A model generated the notes under the pieces. That model searched no databases and had not been told where the DNA came from. It worked only from the letters and a program-made list of their open reading frames with translations. The position numbers and the translations under genes are program-made. A stretch of 60,000 nucleotides of DNA from Callorhinchus milii (Eukaryota), in contig NW_024704743.1 in assembly GCF_018977255.1 (NCBI RefSeq), positions 78,308,001-78,368,000 on the forward strand. Reading direction: 5' to 3'. Shown here in pieces: positions 23,873 to 36,499 of the stretch. How positions within the stretch are numbered: the first letter of the stretch is position 1; each line of letters starts with the position of its first letter.

Positions 23873-26789
23873 TAGTGAATGTGGAAACACTGACCAGTTA
23901 CTGCTGCTATAATGCGAGTTGGGATTTCATGGCTGAATTCAACAATAGGCAGCACGCTTACCAAGTGAACAACTAGGAGATCTGTATTCAAACACATCCA
24001 CAGTAATACTGCTAGTTCTATTCACCAAGAGAAAAGGTAGGCCTCTCATCTTTTCTTACCTTATTTTTAAATCAACACAATTTTGCCTACTCTCTTGTGA
24101 TACAATAGGTTAACTGTGTATTCTCGATCACTGTTTATGGAAAGAGCTCTTTTTCTGAGAGTCAAAGCCAAAAAAAGCATTTTCTTCCTTAAACCATTCC
24201 CATATCGTCAGCCGCAAAAAATAAAATAGGATTTTGCCCAGCATTTAGTTAGTTCACACCTCTCTGGCTCTCTATGCCATTTATAAACATTTCCCTCATG
24301 ATGGTTCGCATTGAAACAGGCAATTTAAAAAACATTTGTAATACAGAACAACCTTACAAACCTCACCAACAATAAGAACTTTCTTTTTTTTTAAAAAGTA
24401 CATTTTACTTACACTGGCCCAGCACACTGGAAGCATTATGTTACTGACACAGAAATAATGTCTTACCACTAATTCTCACAGAAACAGGGGGAAAAAAAAT
24501 ATTTTTTCAGCTATCGTCTAATTGGGGATTAAAGCATAAAAGTTGTTGTACACTGAAGGGTGCACACCATGAATTGTTCTGGATATGTTAAAGGAAACGG
24601 GCACTCCAAGACGCTATCTCAGGTGAAGGGCATTATTTAAATGTAAGTTGTTGTTGTCGAAACTATTGCAAAGTAAGAAGCACCAGCAGTTATGTGAAGC
24701 ACTGACCTGTTAAGACTTTTGTTCTATATCTAATGCAGCAGTAGTTAAGAGAAACATCCTGTAAACGTGCTTTGGCACAAGTGAATGTAGAATATCTATC
24801 CTGCCCTGTTTTGAAGTCAATGCATTCAGTCTTTGTACTGCTGAAAGCATGCCGCTGCTTATAACTAGTCCCACACCTGGATAGCCAGCTGTCTGGGTCC
24901 TGACAGAATATGAGCAGCGCAGAAAGGTAACTATTCTGTTAATGAAAATGCTTCTCGTTGGTTGTCTGCCTACAAAATACACAGTCACTACACTTCACAA
25001 TCATGGTAAATGTCTCAGACAATTTGGCAACATGATAAAGTACAATATAATGTGCTGATAAAATGCCAAGATTATTATTAGTTCCTATGTTATTAATATT
25101 CAGCATTTCCAGACCAGAGTCAGTGTGGAACATAAATCACAATTGTAGGTCAGAATAGCAGTTGACTGAATTCTCCTACAGAACTAGACCTTGATCATGT
25201 GTAAAGTGTGGAGCTGGCAGTTAGTGTAGACATATCAGATCCTATCAACGTTTAGTGCTGTCAGATCCATAGCTGAAAATAAATTTACTCCTAGTCCTTG
25301 TAATTTAAAACAAAGACATAGAATTTAATGAACAAATGTTTGGAAGGAGCTCGATTGAGAACTTGTGTTTGGTGCGTTACTGCCATTCTCCCGCTGTCCT
25401 GATCAACATTCACTCTTTGGCTGTGTGTGGGACATTGCTATGTGCAAATTGGCTGCCACGTTCGCCCGCAAAATACACAGTCATTCCACTTTATGGAATG
25501 AGATGTGAAGGCACAGTACCAAATGTAAGGATTATTTTTGTTATTCTTCAGTAAGGAAAATGCAGAGAAACGCAGAACAACTGCTGTGATGCTGAATATG
25601 GTGGCATTCTTAATAATAATCCTTGTATTTGATGTAGCACCTCTTCAAGACATCTCAAAGCACTTCACAGAATATACTGTAAAGTGGATTGACTGTATAT
25701 TTTGGGGGCAAAATACGCAAAGATCACGCGGCACCTCTACCAGCTTCTCAGGCAAATGTACCAGGAACCACTGGAAAAAACGTGTGAAAAAGAGAAAACT
25801 TTAATTGGGAACATTGTGAGAGTAGAAAAATTAGCTTAAGAAATCTGATAACATTCCTCAAGAGGACTTACGCTTCAAAGACAGAAAAAAGGTAAATGCA
25901 GCAATACCACCTATCACCAGTTCATTGGCTCACTAACACGGAATATCTTAGAAGTGCATTGGTACAAATTACATTTTGCAGAAAGGAATTTGAGGCACAG
26001 ACTGAGAAGAAACTATGGGTTGTAATTTGTGGTATTTCTTAATAGGATTCCAAATCTTCTCATCACATGGGTGACACAGCTCTTCCCGGTTGGCTGATGT
26101 TGGGGGAGCCATCGGATGTTTAACACAATGTCTGAGTCCTGGACCAACTCCTGGAAAACTTTCAACACTAGCAGTGTTTCCTGCTCACTGTGGCTAATGG
26201 CATTTTGCATATTTGCAATACTTACATAACCTTTGGATTTAAAAGAAATGTGACTGCCATGTGGATGAATCAATGCAGACCTCAGCAATCTGAAATCCCA
26301 CCTCTTTACTTCTGGCCAGCAACAGTGTCACCACTAATAAAGCCTATTCAGTACAGATATAAAATCTTGATATTTAATGTGGCAACGCTGTCTTAGACAT
26401 TTAAATAACAGCACCTTAGGTGCTGTCATGTTGCTGCTTTTCATGGGGTATTAATGCAGACTGAAAGTTTGAGTCAGGCTTTAGGCCATTTTGCTCTGTT
26501 TATACAAGGCCACGCCTTCCCTTCAGCTTTCCTGCCAGGCTTTAACAAGTTACTCATTGAAAAGTTAAATCAACTTGACAGCTCCTTTAGAATTACAAGA
26601 AAACTGGATAAAATTTTGGATAAAGTTCTCCGACCTGCTGAACTTATCAGCAGATTTACTACATTATATGTCAGGACGCTAGTTATGGAGTATAAAACTC
26701 ACATTCCATTTTTTCTTTTCTTTAGTTTAAAATAATTTGTAGTAAGCGGTTTACCTTTTATAAATAGCAGTAGTTCATCCTTCACAGGA

Positions 26790-27197
26790 TCAGAATTCAA
26801 AATTCTCATCCTGACCTTCAAGGCCCTCCATGGCCTTGCCCCCTCCTACCTCTCCGGCTAATCCCTTATCAACCTGTCCGCCTCCTCCGCTCAGCAGGCT
26901 CCGGACTGCTCCATGTCCCCCACCCGGCACACTCCACGAATGGCGGTCTGGTGCTTCAGCTTCTCTGCCCCCACCCTCTGGAACTCCATCCAACATTTCC
27001 TTCACCTCACTCCCTTTCTTTCCTCCTTCAAGGCATGCTTCAAGATTCTCCTCTTTGACCGTGCCTTTGGCTACCCTCCTACCCTCTCTGCCCTCCACCC
27101 TCCCTGATCCCAACCCCCATCCCGGCTCGGTCTTAAACCCTGACAGTTCAGGGTCTTGGGATGTGAAAGGCGCTTAACAAATGTAATTTTGTATTGT
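26790..27197 (+). mobile_element. L2 LINE 3' fragment
   Basis: FKILILTFKALHGLAPSYL and FSFSAPTLWNS motifs; TTGTA tail. Confidence 0.85.
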
Positions 27198-27199
27198 GA

Positions 27200-27560
27200 A
27201 GTCCTATAACTCAGTGGTTAGAGCACTCGCCTCGCAACCAAGGGACCTGGGTTCTGTTCCCAGCAGGGCAAAGTGTTGGGCAAGTTTTCTTACTCCACAA
27301 CCTCTGTTTACCTAGCAGTAAGTAGGAACCCAGTTGTTAGTCAATTGGCGGATCGCTTTTCTGGGGATAATAATCCCTCAAAAAAAACAATAATAATTTG
27401 GTCACTCAGTCCATGACTGTTTGTGGGACACTGCTGTGCGCAATTGGCTGCCGTGTTTCGCTCACAAATACACAGTCATATTTTACAGTATATTCTGTGA
27501 AGCGCTTTGAGACGTCTGGGAGATGTGAAAAGTGCCATATCAAATGCAAGGATTATTATA
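27200..27560 (+). mobile_element. tRNA-headed SINE, insert variant
   Basis: Family head, central insert at about 27300-27365, tail. Confidence 0.88.
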
Positions 27561-28132
27561 TTGTTTTGCAGTGGTTGTCCATTCTGAATCAATTCATGTT
27601 AAATTAAACACAGGATGGTGGTAAATGGCTAAATGGGTTAAGAAATCCTATAGAATTCTCCTTATCTCACAGAAACTCCACTCTGGAAGTAGATCACTTC
27701 AGTTTCCCTGCGCCAAATACTTTCCGGAATTAGGTAAGCAGGATTCATCCCTCCAAGGAGAGCCTGAGCATTCCATTCCAAAAATCTATCTCTGGGATTT
27801 CCTTGTGTGGGTGGGAGGCATAGAAATCTAAGTTTGATTTGTATACTCTTAAGCATGGTGATGGGTTTCCGGCTGACCAAAAAAACAAAAAAGAAATGTC
27901 CATCCTATACTTGCTGTCTGGAAATCAGTTTGACAACCACCATGTGCAATGGATTCTTCTAACTTTTAACCACTTACAGTCAAATACCAGAGTATGTCGT
28001 TCACTGTACAATGTTCACTTATCTATTTGGTCTCAACAACCAGATTGCAAAGTGTAATGATGTTTTATATCATGACATATAGAAATGTCACTGAAGTAAA
28101 ATGGTATCTTATCTGTAAAGGTTTTGAATCAA

Positions 28133-29330
28133 TAACAACTTGCATTTATGTAGTGCCCCTCATGCAGGGTAGCATCCTACAGCACTTGACAGTGGTGGAG
28201 CACGACTCCGAGCCAGTGGGAGTGAGAGGTGACTATAGGCACGATTAAATAGGAAGGTCTTCAGGCTCAACCTGAAAATGGAGAAGAAAGGGGCAAGGCA
28301 GAGGAATAGAGGAAGAGTGTTCCAGAGTTTCGGGGCATAGTGGCTGAAACTGCAGCCACCAACAACAAAATTATATTTGTAAAGCACCTTTCACGCTGGG
28401 AGGACATCCCAAGGCGCTGGTGGTAGAAACGGAGGGCACAAGGGACATGCAGAAGGAGGCAGTTGAGCAGAGGCAGTGGGTTATGGGATGGGTGGGTAAG
28501 CAGGTTAGAGAGGTAGGGAGGTGCCAGGGCATGAAGGACAACTTGCATTTACAATTAAAGCAATTTGAGAGCCTGAATAAGGCCAATGGTGATAGAAGCA
28601 CAAAACTTGGGTAATTTGCAAAGCAATATTAGGAGTATATTGTTATATGAGTTTATATTCTATTACAGATCTTAAATGGTTAGTGTTTCATCAGTGTGAA
28701 TCAAGGTATTAAATTAGCAAAACATGTTTTATCTTCCTCGCCACCTGCCATTGTCTCCTCACCTCCAGCTCTGATCTCTTCAACCTCCCTGGTCTTTCTC
28801 AAACTCACCAAACCAGTGCGGAAACTTGATGTTCAGATTCATCTCCCAACTCAAACACACTCCTCACTGGTTGTCTTAGTTCCATCACCCATAAGCTCCA
28901 GCTGGTACAAAACTCCACCACCTGCATACTCATCCATACTAATCTACATTTGCCCTTCACCCAGTCATTACCCAGCTCCACTGGCCCTCTGTCATCCAAC
29001 AGATCAACATCAAGGTCCTCACCTATAAATCCCTTCAGATCCCAGTACCTCCCTATCTCCAAGATCATCTCCTACCTCATTCTTCTGCTCGCTTCCTCCA
29101 GTCCCTCTGAGCTACTGTTGGTGGCCAAGCTTTTAGTAACTAACTTCTGTAATTCCTCCTACCCTCCCGCGTCATCCCCTCTTTATCTTCCTTTAAATCT
29201 CACCCAAAACCTATCTCTTCGACTGCACCAATGGTTCCCCCCTTCCCCAGGCCCTCTTGCTCAATATCCAATTCCACCTCTGTGAAGCACTCCGATATTA
29301 AGGTCTGTATATTAATGAAGTTGTCGTCAT
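28133..29330. mobile_element. Cluster of old L2 3' fragments (minus 28133-28560, plus about 28730-29330)
   Basis: FSHYAPKLWNTLP...LKTFLF and HALAPPYLSNLL motifs; degenerate tails. Confidence 0.65.
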
Positions 29331-29536
29331 GGTAAAATTGAAAGGGAATGTGCATATTTTAAGAGCCAAATCAAACAACCTTAAAAATAGGCAATCAGTT
29401 TTGGGGAAATGGTGCTTAGAATTTATTGTAAATGTGTCTAGTCAGGATTTTATTCGATCCATTATAAAGAATTATCAGTTTAACCATCAGTTAAATTAAC
29501 TACAAAGAAATATTTGACCCCATTAAAAAAAAGTAC

Positions 29537-29846
29537 TGTAGCTCAGTGGTTAGAGCATTCGCTTTGCAAGCGAGAGACCTGAGTTCAATTCCAGGCAGGG
29601 CGAAACCTTGGGCAAGTTTCCTTACTCCACACAGAGCCTACTAATAATCCCTCCAAAACCAAAAACAATAATAAATTGGTCATTTTCAATCTACGACTGT
29701 TTGTGGGACATTGCTGTGCGCAATTGGCTGCCACGTTTGCCCACAAATATACAGTCAATTCACTTTACAGTGTGTTCTGTGAAGCGCTTTGGGACGTCCT
29801 CCCGACGTGAAAAGCGCTATATCAAATGCAAGGATTATTATTATTA
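29537..29846 (+). mobile_element. Young tRNA-Ala-headed SINE
   Basis: Near-identical to family consensus. Confidence 0.92.
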
Positions 29847-30097
29847 CTCGAATTAGCCTTTGGATGGATGCCAACAAAACTTTGTACTTTGGTACATTAC
29901 TAAATGTTGTCTTGCCTTCTTGTCAGGCACTTTGTGCCTTGGACTTAAAAGAACAAATTGAAGTGTGATCTGATTACTCTCAATACACAGTCAGGTTGTC
30001 CCTATGTGAAAGGCTATAAATGTAAATTTGTATTGTAATGTATTGTAGGCCTGGTGACAATTATCAAATGCAAGGATAATTATTATTATTAATCATC

Positions 30098-31620
30098 ACT
30101 TGAGCAGAGAGCCCGGCAGTGTGAGGAGGGAACTGAGTGAGATGGAACAGAGTGAGAAGTCTGTTAAGGAATTTGGTGAGAGTGGGGATTCTTCAGTAAG
30201 AGAGATACCAGAGAGCAAGAGAGATACCAGAGAGCAAGAGAGATACCAGAGAGCAAGAGAGAACTCTTTCATTCAGCAAAACAGTGAGAAATCTTTCTTG
30301 AAGTAGAGGCAACCTTATATGTAAGCCGAAAAACATGTCAATTAGCAGTTAATCATAGGCCAGGTGTTGGAGAGTAATATATTTGCTGGCCAGTGGAAAC
30401 TGGGTGCTCTTGTTTGATCCTATATAACCGAGAAGACTTGTGAGAGCCTCACTTGAGCAAGAACAAAGTGAGAATTCTGTTAATGAATATTTACATAATT
30501 ATAAAATATATACTGGTTATATTAAAATAATATAAAACATGTCTGAGAATATAGCAGAGCAGCTGAGACTGGTTGTATGCACAATGTGTGCCATGTGGGA
30601 ACTCCAGGATTCTTTGTGTGCCCTGGACAGACACGTGCCTCCGTCTGCTTGAGCTCAGAGTTTCTGAGCTTGAGAAGAGGCTGGTGTCATTGCATAGCAT
30701 ATGGGTGGCTGAAGAGTTCATGGATCGAATGTTTCAGGAAGTGGTCACCCCATAGCCACAGAGGGTTCAGAAGGAGACTGAGTGGGTAACCAAATGGCAA
30801 GGTAGGAAGAGGGGATGGGCAGTGCAGAAATCCCCTGAGAGTGTGGCACTCGCAAACCAGTTCTCTGCACTGAGAACCGGTCCGGGGGATGACACCTCTA
30901 GGGAGGGGAGTCGAAAGCAAATGGATGCACAGGAAAACACAGGGAAGAGTGTCGATGCAATTGTCATTGGCAACACAATGGTGAAAGGAGTAGACAGGCA
31001 TTTCAACCAAAGACATGACTCTTGCATATTATGTTGCCTCCCTGGTGCCAGGGTTAAAGACATCACGGAATGGGTGCAAAACGTTGTACAGGGGGAAGGA
31101 GAACATCCCAAAGTCGTGATCCATGACGTAGGGGGGGAAAAAAAAGGGCTGAGATCCTACAGGGAGAATGTCAGAAGCTAGGGAACAAGCAAAAGAGTAG
31201 GACCTCAAAGGTGATGATCTCTGGATTACTCCCAGTGCCTCATGCAAGTGAGTATCAAAACAGCAGGATCTAACATATGAATCCATAGCTGGAGAAATGG
31301 TGCAGAAAGGAGGGCTTCAGCTTCCTGGATCATTGGGACCAGTTCTGGGGCAAATGGGACCTGTACAAGGTGGATGGGTTACACCTGAATAGGGCAGGGA
31401 CCAAGGCAGGGAGGTTAATTGGAACTGTGGGGAAAGGTTTAAACTAATTTTGAGGGGGGAAGAGAATCAGGATGTAGCATTAGAGAGGACAAACAAGTTA
31501 CATAGAGGGCTGGGAGAGCCGAATAGCAATGTAATCAAGAGTAATCCAGAAAAAGGAGGGATTAGATGGGGGAGAAATGCAGAACAGACTAAGTCGGTCT
31601 TGGAGTGCATATGCATGTGC
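30098..31620 (+). mobile_element. CR1 LINE 5' part: 5'UTR plus ORF1 (zinc finger, coiled coil, SGNH esterase), degenerate
   Basis: VVCTMCAMWE, LLELRVSELEKRL, VALANQFSAL, AIVIGNTMVKG (GDS block), CLPGARVKDI, LYKVDGLHLNRAG. Confidence 0.88.
30198..30261 (+). repeat. 19-bp tandem repeat (AGAGATACCAGAGAGCAAG) x3.3 in CR1 5'UTR
   Basis: Three perfect consecutive units. Confidence 0.95.
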
Positions 31621-31974
31621 GTATTGTTGGAGGTGCCAGTCCTTTGGATGAGAATTAAAACCAAGGTACTGTCTGCCTATTTAGAGGACGTTCAAGATTC
31701 CAAGGCAGTATTTGAAAAAAGACGGGAGTTTCTCCTGGTGTTTTGACCAGCAATCCTCCAGATAATAACTGTCTGTTGTCTTCATGGTTGTTTGTCAGAC
31801 AGTGAGATGCCCAAATTGGCTACTGCGATTGAATACAAATACAGTCACTTCACTGAAAAAATCCTTTGAATTACCGTGAAACATTGGCAACATGATAAAG
31901 CACTATATCAAATCCAAGGATTATTTTTATTATTATAACAGAATTCATCATTCATCCATTGAGAAACTTGAAAC

Positions 31975-32604
31975 CCTCAATGACACTTCCTCACCCCTCA
32001 GGCCGCCGAAACCCTCATACATGCCTTCATTACAACCAGGCTTGACTATGCCAATGCCCTGCTTGTCGGCCTTCCCAACTCTTCCATCCACAAGCTGCAG
32101 ATCATCTAGAACTCTGCAGCTCATGTCCTCTTCTGCACCAGGCTCCGTGATCCCATCAGATCGACCCTCACCCGGCTCCACTGGCTCCCCATCCCTCAGA
32201 GGAGAGTTAAAATTCCTCGTCCTCTCCTTCAAGGCCCTCCATGGCCTTCTACCCTCCCTACCTCTCTGACCTGTTAACCCTTATCAACCTGTCCACTCAG
32301 CAGGCTCTGGCCTGCTCCATGTCCCCCACCCGGCCCGCCCCAACATTGGTGGTCAGGCCTTCAGCCTCTCTGCTCCAACCCTCTGGATCTCCATCCCACA
32401 TTTCCTTTGTCTTGCTCCCTCCCTTGCCTCCTTCAAGGCATGCCTCAAAACCATCCCCTTCGACCCTGCCTTCAGCCACCCTCCTACCCTCTCTGCCCTC
32501 CACCCCCCTAATTCCCGCCCGGTTGTGTCCTAATGCCTGACTGTTCAGCCACTTCAGACATCCTCCCGACGTGAAAGGCACTTTCAAATATAATTTTGTA
32601 TTGT
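31975..32604 (+). mobile_element. L2 LINE 3' fragment
   Basis: ETLIHAFITTRLDYANALL...LHWLP...KFLVLSFKALHG motifs and tail. Confidence 0.88.
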
Positions 32605-33188
32605 AGCGATAATAATGAGTGAAGTTTCAAAATAATTTTGCTGGCAAAAATTATGTCATAGTGTTTCTTCAACCAAAACAGCAGATGCTACAGTAGATAC
32701 GTGCACTGCACAGTCTGCTTTCAGCCAACAAACAGATTCTGTGCTGGCTCACTTACAAAACATAAATAGCTTCACAATTTTTTGTGGAAGCAAGCATCTG
32801 TTGGCGAAAGAGAGGCAGGCTAGATCTACAATTTCGGAATCAACCATGCAATCTGTCAATGCAGTGCACAATTATGAAAGTAAGTGAAAATTGGGGAGAG
32901 GTGCATTAATCCTGTCTGAACACAGTGGTGTTTGCTTTTACTGAAATTCAGCAAATTGTCTGGAACAACGTACCATGAAACTCATTGTACTTCTCTTTAG
33001 TTCCACATGCACACAATACGGTATTATACAATAGTATTACGCTTCTAAACACAGGAAGAGTCACTATTTTCTAAAGCGTTTCAAAAAACCATTTTATATG
33101 AAAGACTTATAAATATTTTGTTATATTTAGTCAGCTGTCCAGCACCGAAATAAGTTCCAGCCCAATTTCAAGGAATACATAAGCAGTC

Positions 33189-33560
33189 AACAACAACAAC
33201 AACTTGCACTTATGTAGCAAACTCCATGCCGGGTAAAGTTTCAGAGTGCTTAACAGTGGCGCAGCCTGACTCCGAGCTGGAGGAAGGGGTGAGGCCGTAA
33301 GCACAGTCAAACAGGAAAGTTTTCAGATGGGACTTTAAGGAAGCGAGAGACGGGGCAAGGTGAAGGGATTGAGGGAGTGTTCCAGAGTTTTGGGGCATAG
33401 TGGCTGAAAGCACGAACTCCAATGGTGGGGCAAAGAGTGCGAAGGTCAAGCAAGAGGCCAGTGCCAGTCGAGTGGATGCACCGGGTGGTGGAATGGGGAG
33501 TGAGGAGGTCGGAGAGGTAGGGCTATGCCAGGGAGTGAATGGATTTGAACACGAGCGTCT
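33189..33560 (-). mobile_element. L2 LINE 3' fragment
   Basis: LAPSLASLKSHLKTFLFD; (CAA)n tail. Confidence 0.8.
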
Positions 33561-33720
33561 CTCAGTCTACTGAGAGATACGTTTGGCTCAGTGTGTGTAC
33601 TAGAATTTAATGGAAATGGCAGATTGGAATCTATTATGTTTGGATCAGGGATGCATTTATTTAGTTTTCACTGTACTCCAGTAGCACAGCATTTAAAGAA
33701 TGAAAGGAGACACATCTTAC

Positions 33721-33774
33721 CTTTAAACCAACTGCCCCTGGAAGACCATTTCTTCCATGAATTCCAGGTTCTCC
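33721..33774 (-). CDS. col21a1: Gly-X-Y exon GEPGIHGRNGLPGAVGLK
   Basis: 54 nt, ttttag| and |gtaaga. Confidence 0.93.
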
Positions 33775-34702
33775 CTAAAAGAAAAGGAAAGTGAATAAAT
33801 ATTTAATTGGGTGGTATCATTATTTCAGCACAGTATAATGATTTTATGCATAATAATACTGTATTATTTTCCTTCAGTGTGTGTTAATTCGGGTTATTAC
33901 CAAAATTAAAAGTACCAATAGCTTCCATTCAACAAATTTATAACAAAAATATAGCCATCACTGCCAGGTAGTCCACAGACACACCCAACTCAATGGGTGG
34001 AATGGTTCTGATTTTCAGCTCACACACTAGGAAACTGAGAAGAATATGTATTACATTAATAAAGCAACTCAAAACATCAGCGCAGCTTTATTATTGTAAA
34101 ATTGTTGTACCCTAAAACACTAAACACAATTTTATGAAGCATAAACATTTTAAAAACTACCTGTGCTCAAGTACCAAAATTGCATTGAATATTGAAAATG
34201 TGTTATACAGAGTTAAATATGAACTCTTTCAGATTACAATGTGGTCTTGTTATCAACATCCTCAAACACTGGGATGTTTCCAAGCTTTTGAAATGTTGCA
34301 TTAATTGCAATTCGAATATGTGAAAATCATAGGTAAACACACAGCTCAGGTGAACAAGAGTCTAAAAAACGCTCGAGAGTGTCTCGCTCAGCAGTGTTCT
34401 TTGGCTGTTGTCGATTTGGTTTCCCAAGCCACAAACATCACCACATTATTTGAAATCATTAAGCCATGAAATGGAGGCAGCAATTAATGCAACAACTCCA
34501 GTTTATAAATTTTGCAACAATTATGGCCTCAATGACTAGAGTTTCAGTAAATAACCACTGAGCGTACTTTGGATAAAGTTAAGGAACCATTTATAATGTC
34601 AGGAACAAGTGCTCTGGCAAAAAATACTATGAGAAACATTTTATTGAAAGATCAAGACGATCACATATTGTATACAATTTTCTTAATATGCAAATGACTT
34701 AC

Positions 34703-34756
34703 TCTCGGGCCACGAAGACCAAGAGCCCCCAGCGATCCTTTTTCACCTTTGCTGCC
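34703..34756 (-). CDS. col21a1: Gly-X-Y exon GSKGEKGSLGALGLRGPR
   Basis: 54 nt, ttacag| and |gtaagt. Confidence 0.93.
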
Positions 34757-35343
34757 CTGTAATGAAATTCATCGGCAATATTAACTCTTAACAATTTATC
34801 CACAAGCTAGGTATTTCAAGTCTCTACACGAGCATTCCTGTGGAAACCAGGTTGTTGAAATCAGACATCATAGAGGTTTGTGTAGTGTGAATTGTACACA
34901 AGTACAGCTCCAGATATCTGGGGTGATTTCAGAAACAGTGTGATTCACTCTCAGTGAAATAGAAATGGTGACAGGTAAGAATTGCCTGCGCTCTCTAACC
35001 ATTCTTTTTCAAAGTTGTCACATTATGAACCTATTTTTAATGTTACTAAATAGTTAACTGCTGGTCTGGCTTTTACAACAACAAAATTACATTTGTAGAG
35101 CGCCTTTCACGTCAGGAGGACGTCCCAAAGAGTTGGACCTCCTCCCGACGTGCTTTATTTACTATGATTAAGAAGAACCAGCACCAGTATTCAATGCAGT
35201 TTTGTATTTTAATTAAGCAGGTACACGTCACATGCGGTCAGAAAGGAGTCATGGCTGCAATGACTACACCATTATGTTTACCTAGATACATTACACAATA
35301 CCTAAGAAACAAAAGTGAAATTACTGTAGAAACAACCACATAC

Positions 35344-35397
35344 TTTACTTCCAGATAGTCCCAACATTCCTGGACGGCCAGGCTGTCCTTCAGGTCC
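35344..35397 (-). CDS. col21a1: Gly-X-Y exon GPEGQPGRPGMLGLSGSK
   Basis: 54 nt, ctcaag| and |gtatgt. Confidence 0.92.
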
Positions 35398-35500
35398 CTT
35401 GAGAGGTTTCAAAGAAGATAAGTGAGTGCTTTGTCTTAAATCTTATGTTCTGACACAATGCAGAATGGGGGTGTAAATTTGTACAATATTGCAATAGTAC

Positions 35501-35554
35501 CTTAGGACCTGGAGACCCTGGTACACCTGGAAAACCTTGCAATCCATTTTCACC
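35501..35554 (-). CDS. col21a1: Gly-X-Y exon GENGLQGFPGVPGSPGPK
   Basis: 54 nt, cttcag| and |gtacta. Confidence 0.93.
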
Positions 35555-36222
35555 CTGAAGATAAGGTCAGACAAGAGGTGGGAATTATTCCTAGGATGCA
35601 ATTCTTTACAAACAATTCATTTTGTAAAAAAGGGCCGCTCACCTTTAGAGCACTTTCAAAATGATCATCCAACTAAAATGTGTTTTGATCAGTTTTGATA
35701 TCTCGGCTTTTTATTTCTTTTTATTTAAGTTTTTGCTAGATCAGTAAATGCTGATGGCATCATCAGGGGCACCACTCAGAGGAGATACTTGTTAACGTTT
35801 AGATTTACAGCCTCAGGAACCTATGTCAACAAACTAATGTGAATTCAGCTACATTTATGCTAATGCCATGAACAACTCTTCCAAGACAAACTCTTCTACC
35901 ATAATCTCATCCATCCTTGCTCTATAACTCATTTTTTTTAAAGATTGGTGTAATAGAAATAACAGACACGTGTTCCCAAGTTAATTAAGCATTCTTTGCA
36001 ATGTTTGTTTTTGATGAATGTGTTCTGATGATAATGATAATAATCCTGACATTTGATAAGCGCCTTTCACGTCAAGAGGATGTCTCAGAGTGCTTTACAT
36101 GGATTCAAGGTGACTTTGCATTTTGTTGATGAATCTCCTCTAACAAATTAATTGCTATTGATGCAGAAAAGACTTCAGTCACAAAATTGATTGTATAAGT
36201 CAATAAAAGAGAGAAATCCTAC

Positions 36223-36276
36223 TTGGTTTCCTTTGAGGCCAGGATTCCCTGGAAATCCAGTCAGCCCGGGTGAACC
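36223..36276 (-). CDS. col21a1: Gly-X-Y exon GSPGLTGFPGNPGLKGNQ
   Basis: 54 nt, tcttag| and |gtagga. Confidence 0.93.
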
Positions 36277-36413
36277 CTAAGAAAAAACAATTGTAAGCCT
36301 TATAGAGAATTAAGAGTTTGGGTCATACTGTGCAAAGGCATAACCATCTTTTTTATAAAAAAGGCCACACAGATGAAACTTGTTTACTTGTTGAGTTTAT
36401 TGGAATTGCATAC

Positions 36414-36467
36414 CTGTATGCCTTGAGCTCCTGGTACACCTGGTATACCTCGTTCACCAGGTAATCC
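36414..36467 (-). CDS. col21a1: Gly-X-Y exon GLPGERGIPGVPGAQGIQ
   Basis: 54 nt, ttttag| and |gtatgc. Confidence 0.93.
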
Positions 36468-36499
36468 CTAAAAAGGAAGGGCAGATTAGAGAGATAGAC

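Larger units (their letters stand above)
13785..32852 (-). pseudogene. Candidate decayed multi-exon gene of unrecognised family nested in the 20-kb collagen intron, same strand
   Basis: About 16 non-repetitive segments bounded by AG acceptors and mostly GT donors, many phase-compatible, with long near-open frames (24707..24935: one stop in 76 codons; 23692..23981: one stop in 96). Scattered TGA/TAA stops, frameshifts and TE insertions. No homologue recognised. Confidence 0.55.

Noticed and set aside
23846..23894. Possible GT-AG intron splitting block 23692-23981
   Set aside because: Only 49 nt, phases do not match, and the frame reads through, so it was treated as one block.
29537..29605. 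tRNA-Ala-like sequences (many copies)
   Set aside because: They are SINE heads followed by the SINE body, lacking a proper acceptor-stem 3' end and terminator.
30198..30261. CRISPR-like repeat
   Set aside because: Spacer-less tandem repeat in a eukaryotic LINE UTR.
13785..32852. Idea that ghost-gene stops are recoded (selenocysteine or readthrough) so the gene is intact
   Set aside because: TAA, TAG and TGA all occur, along with frameshifts and TE insertions inside blocks; ordinary decay is simpler.
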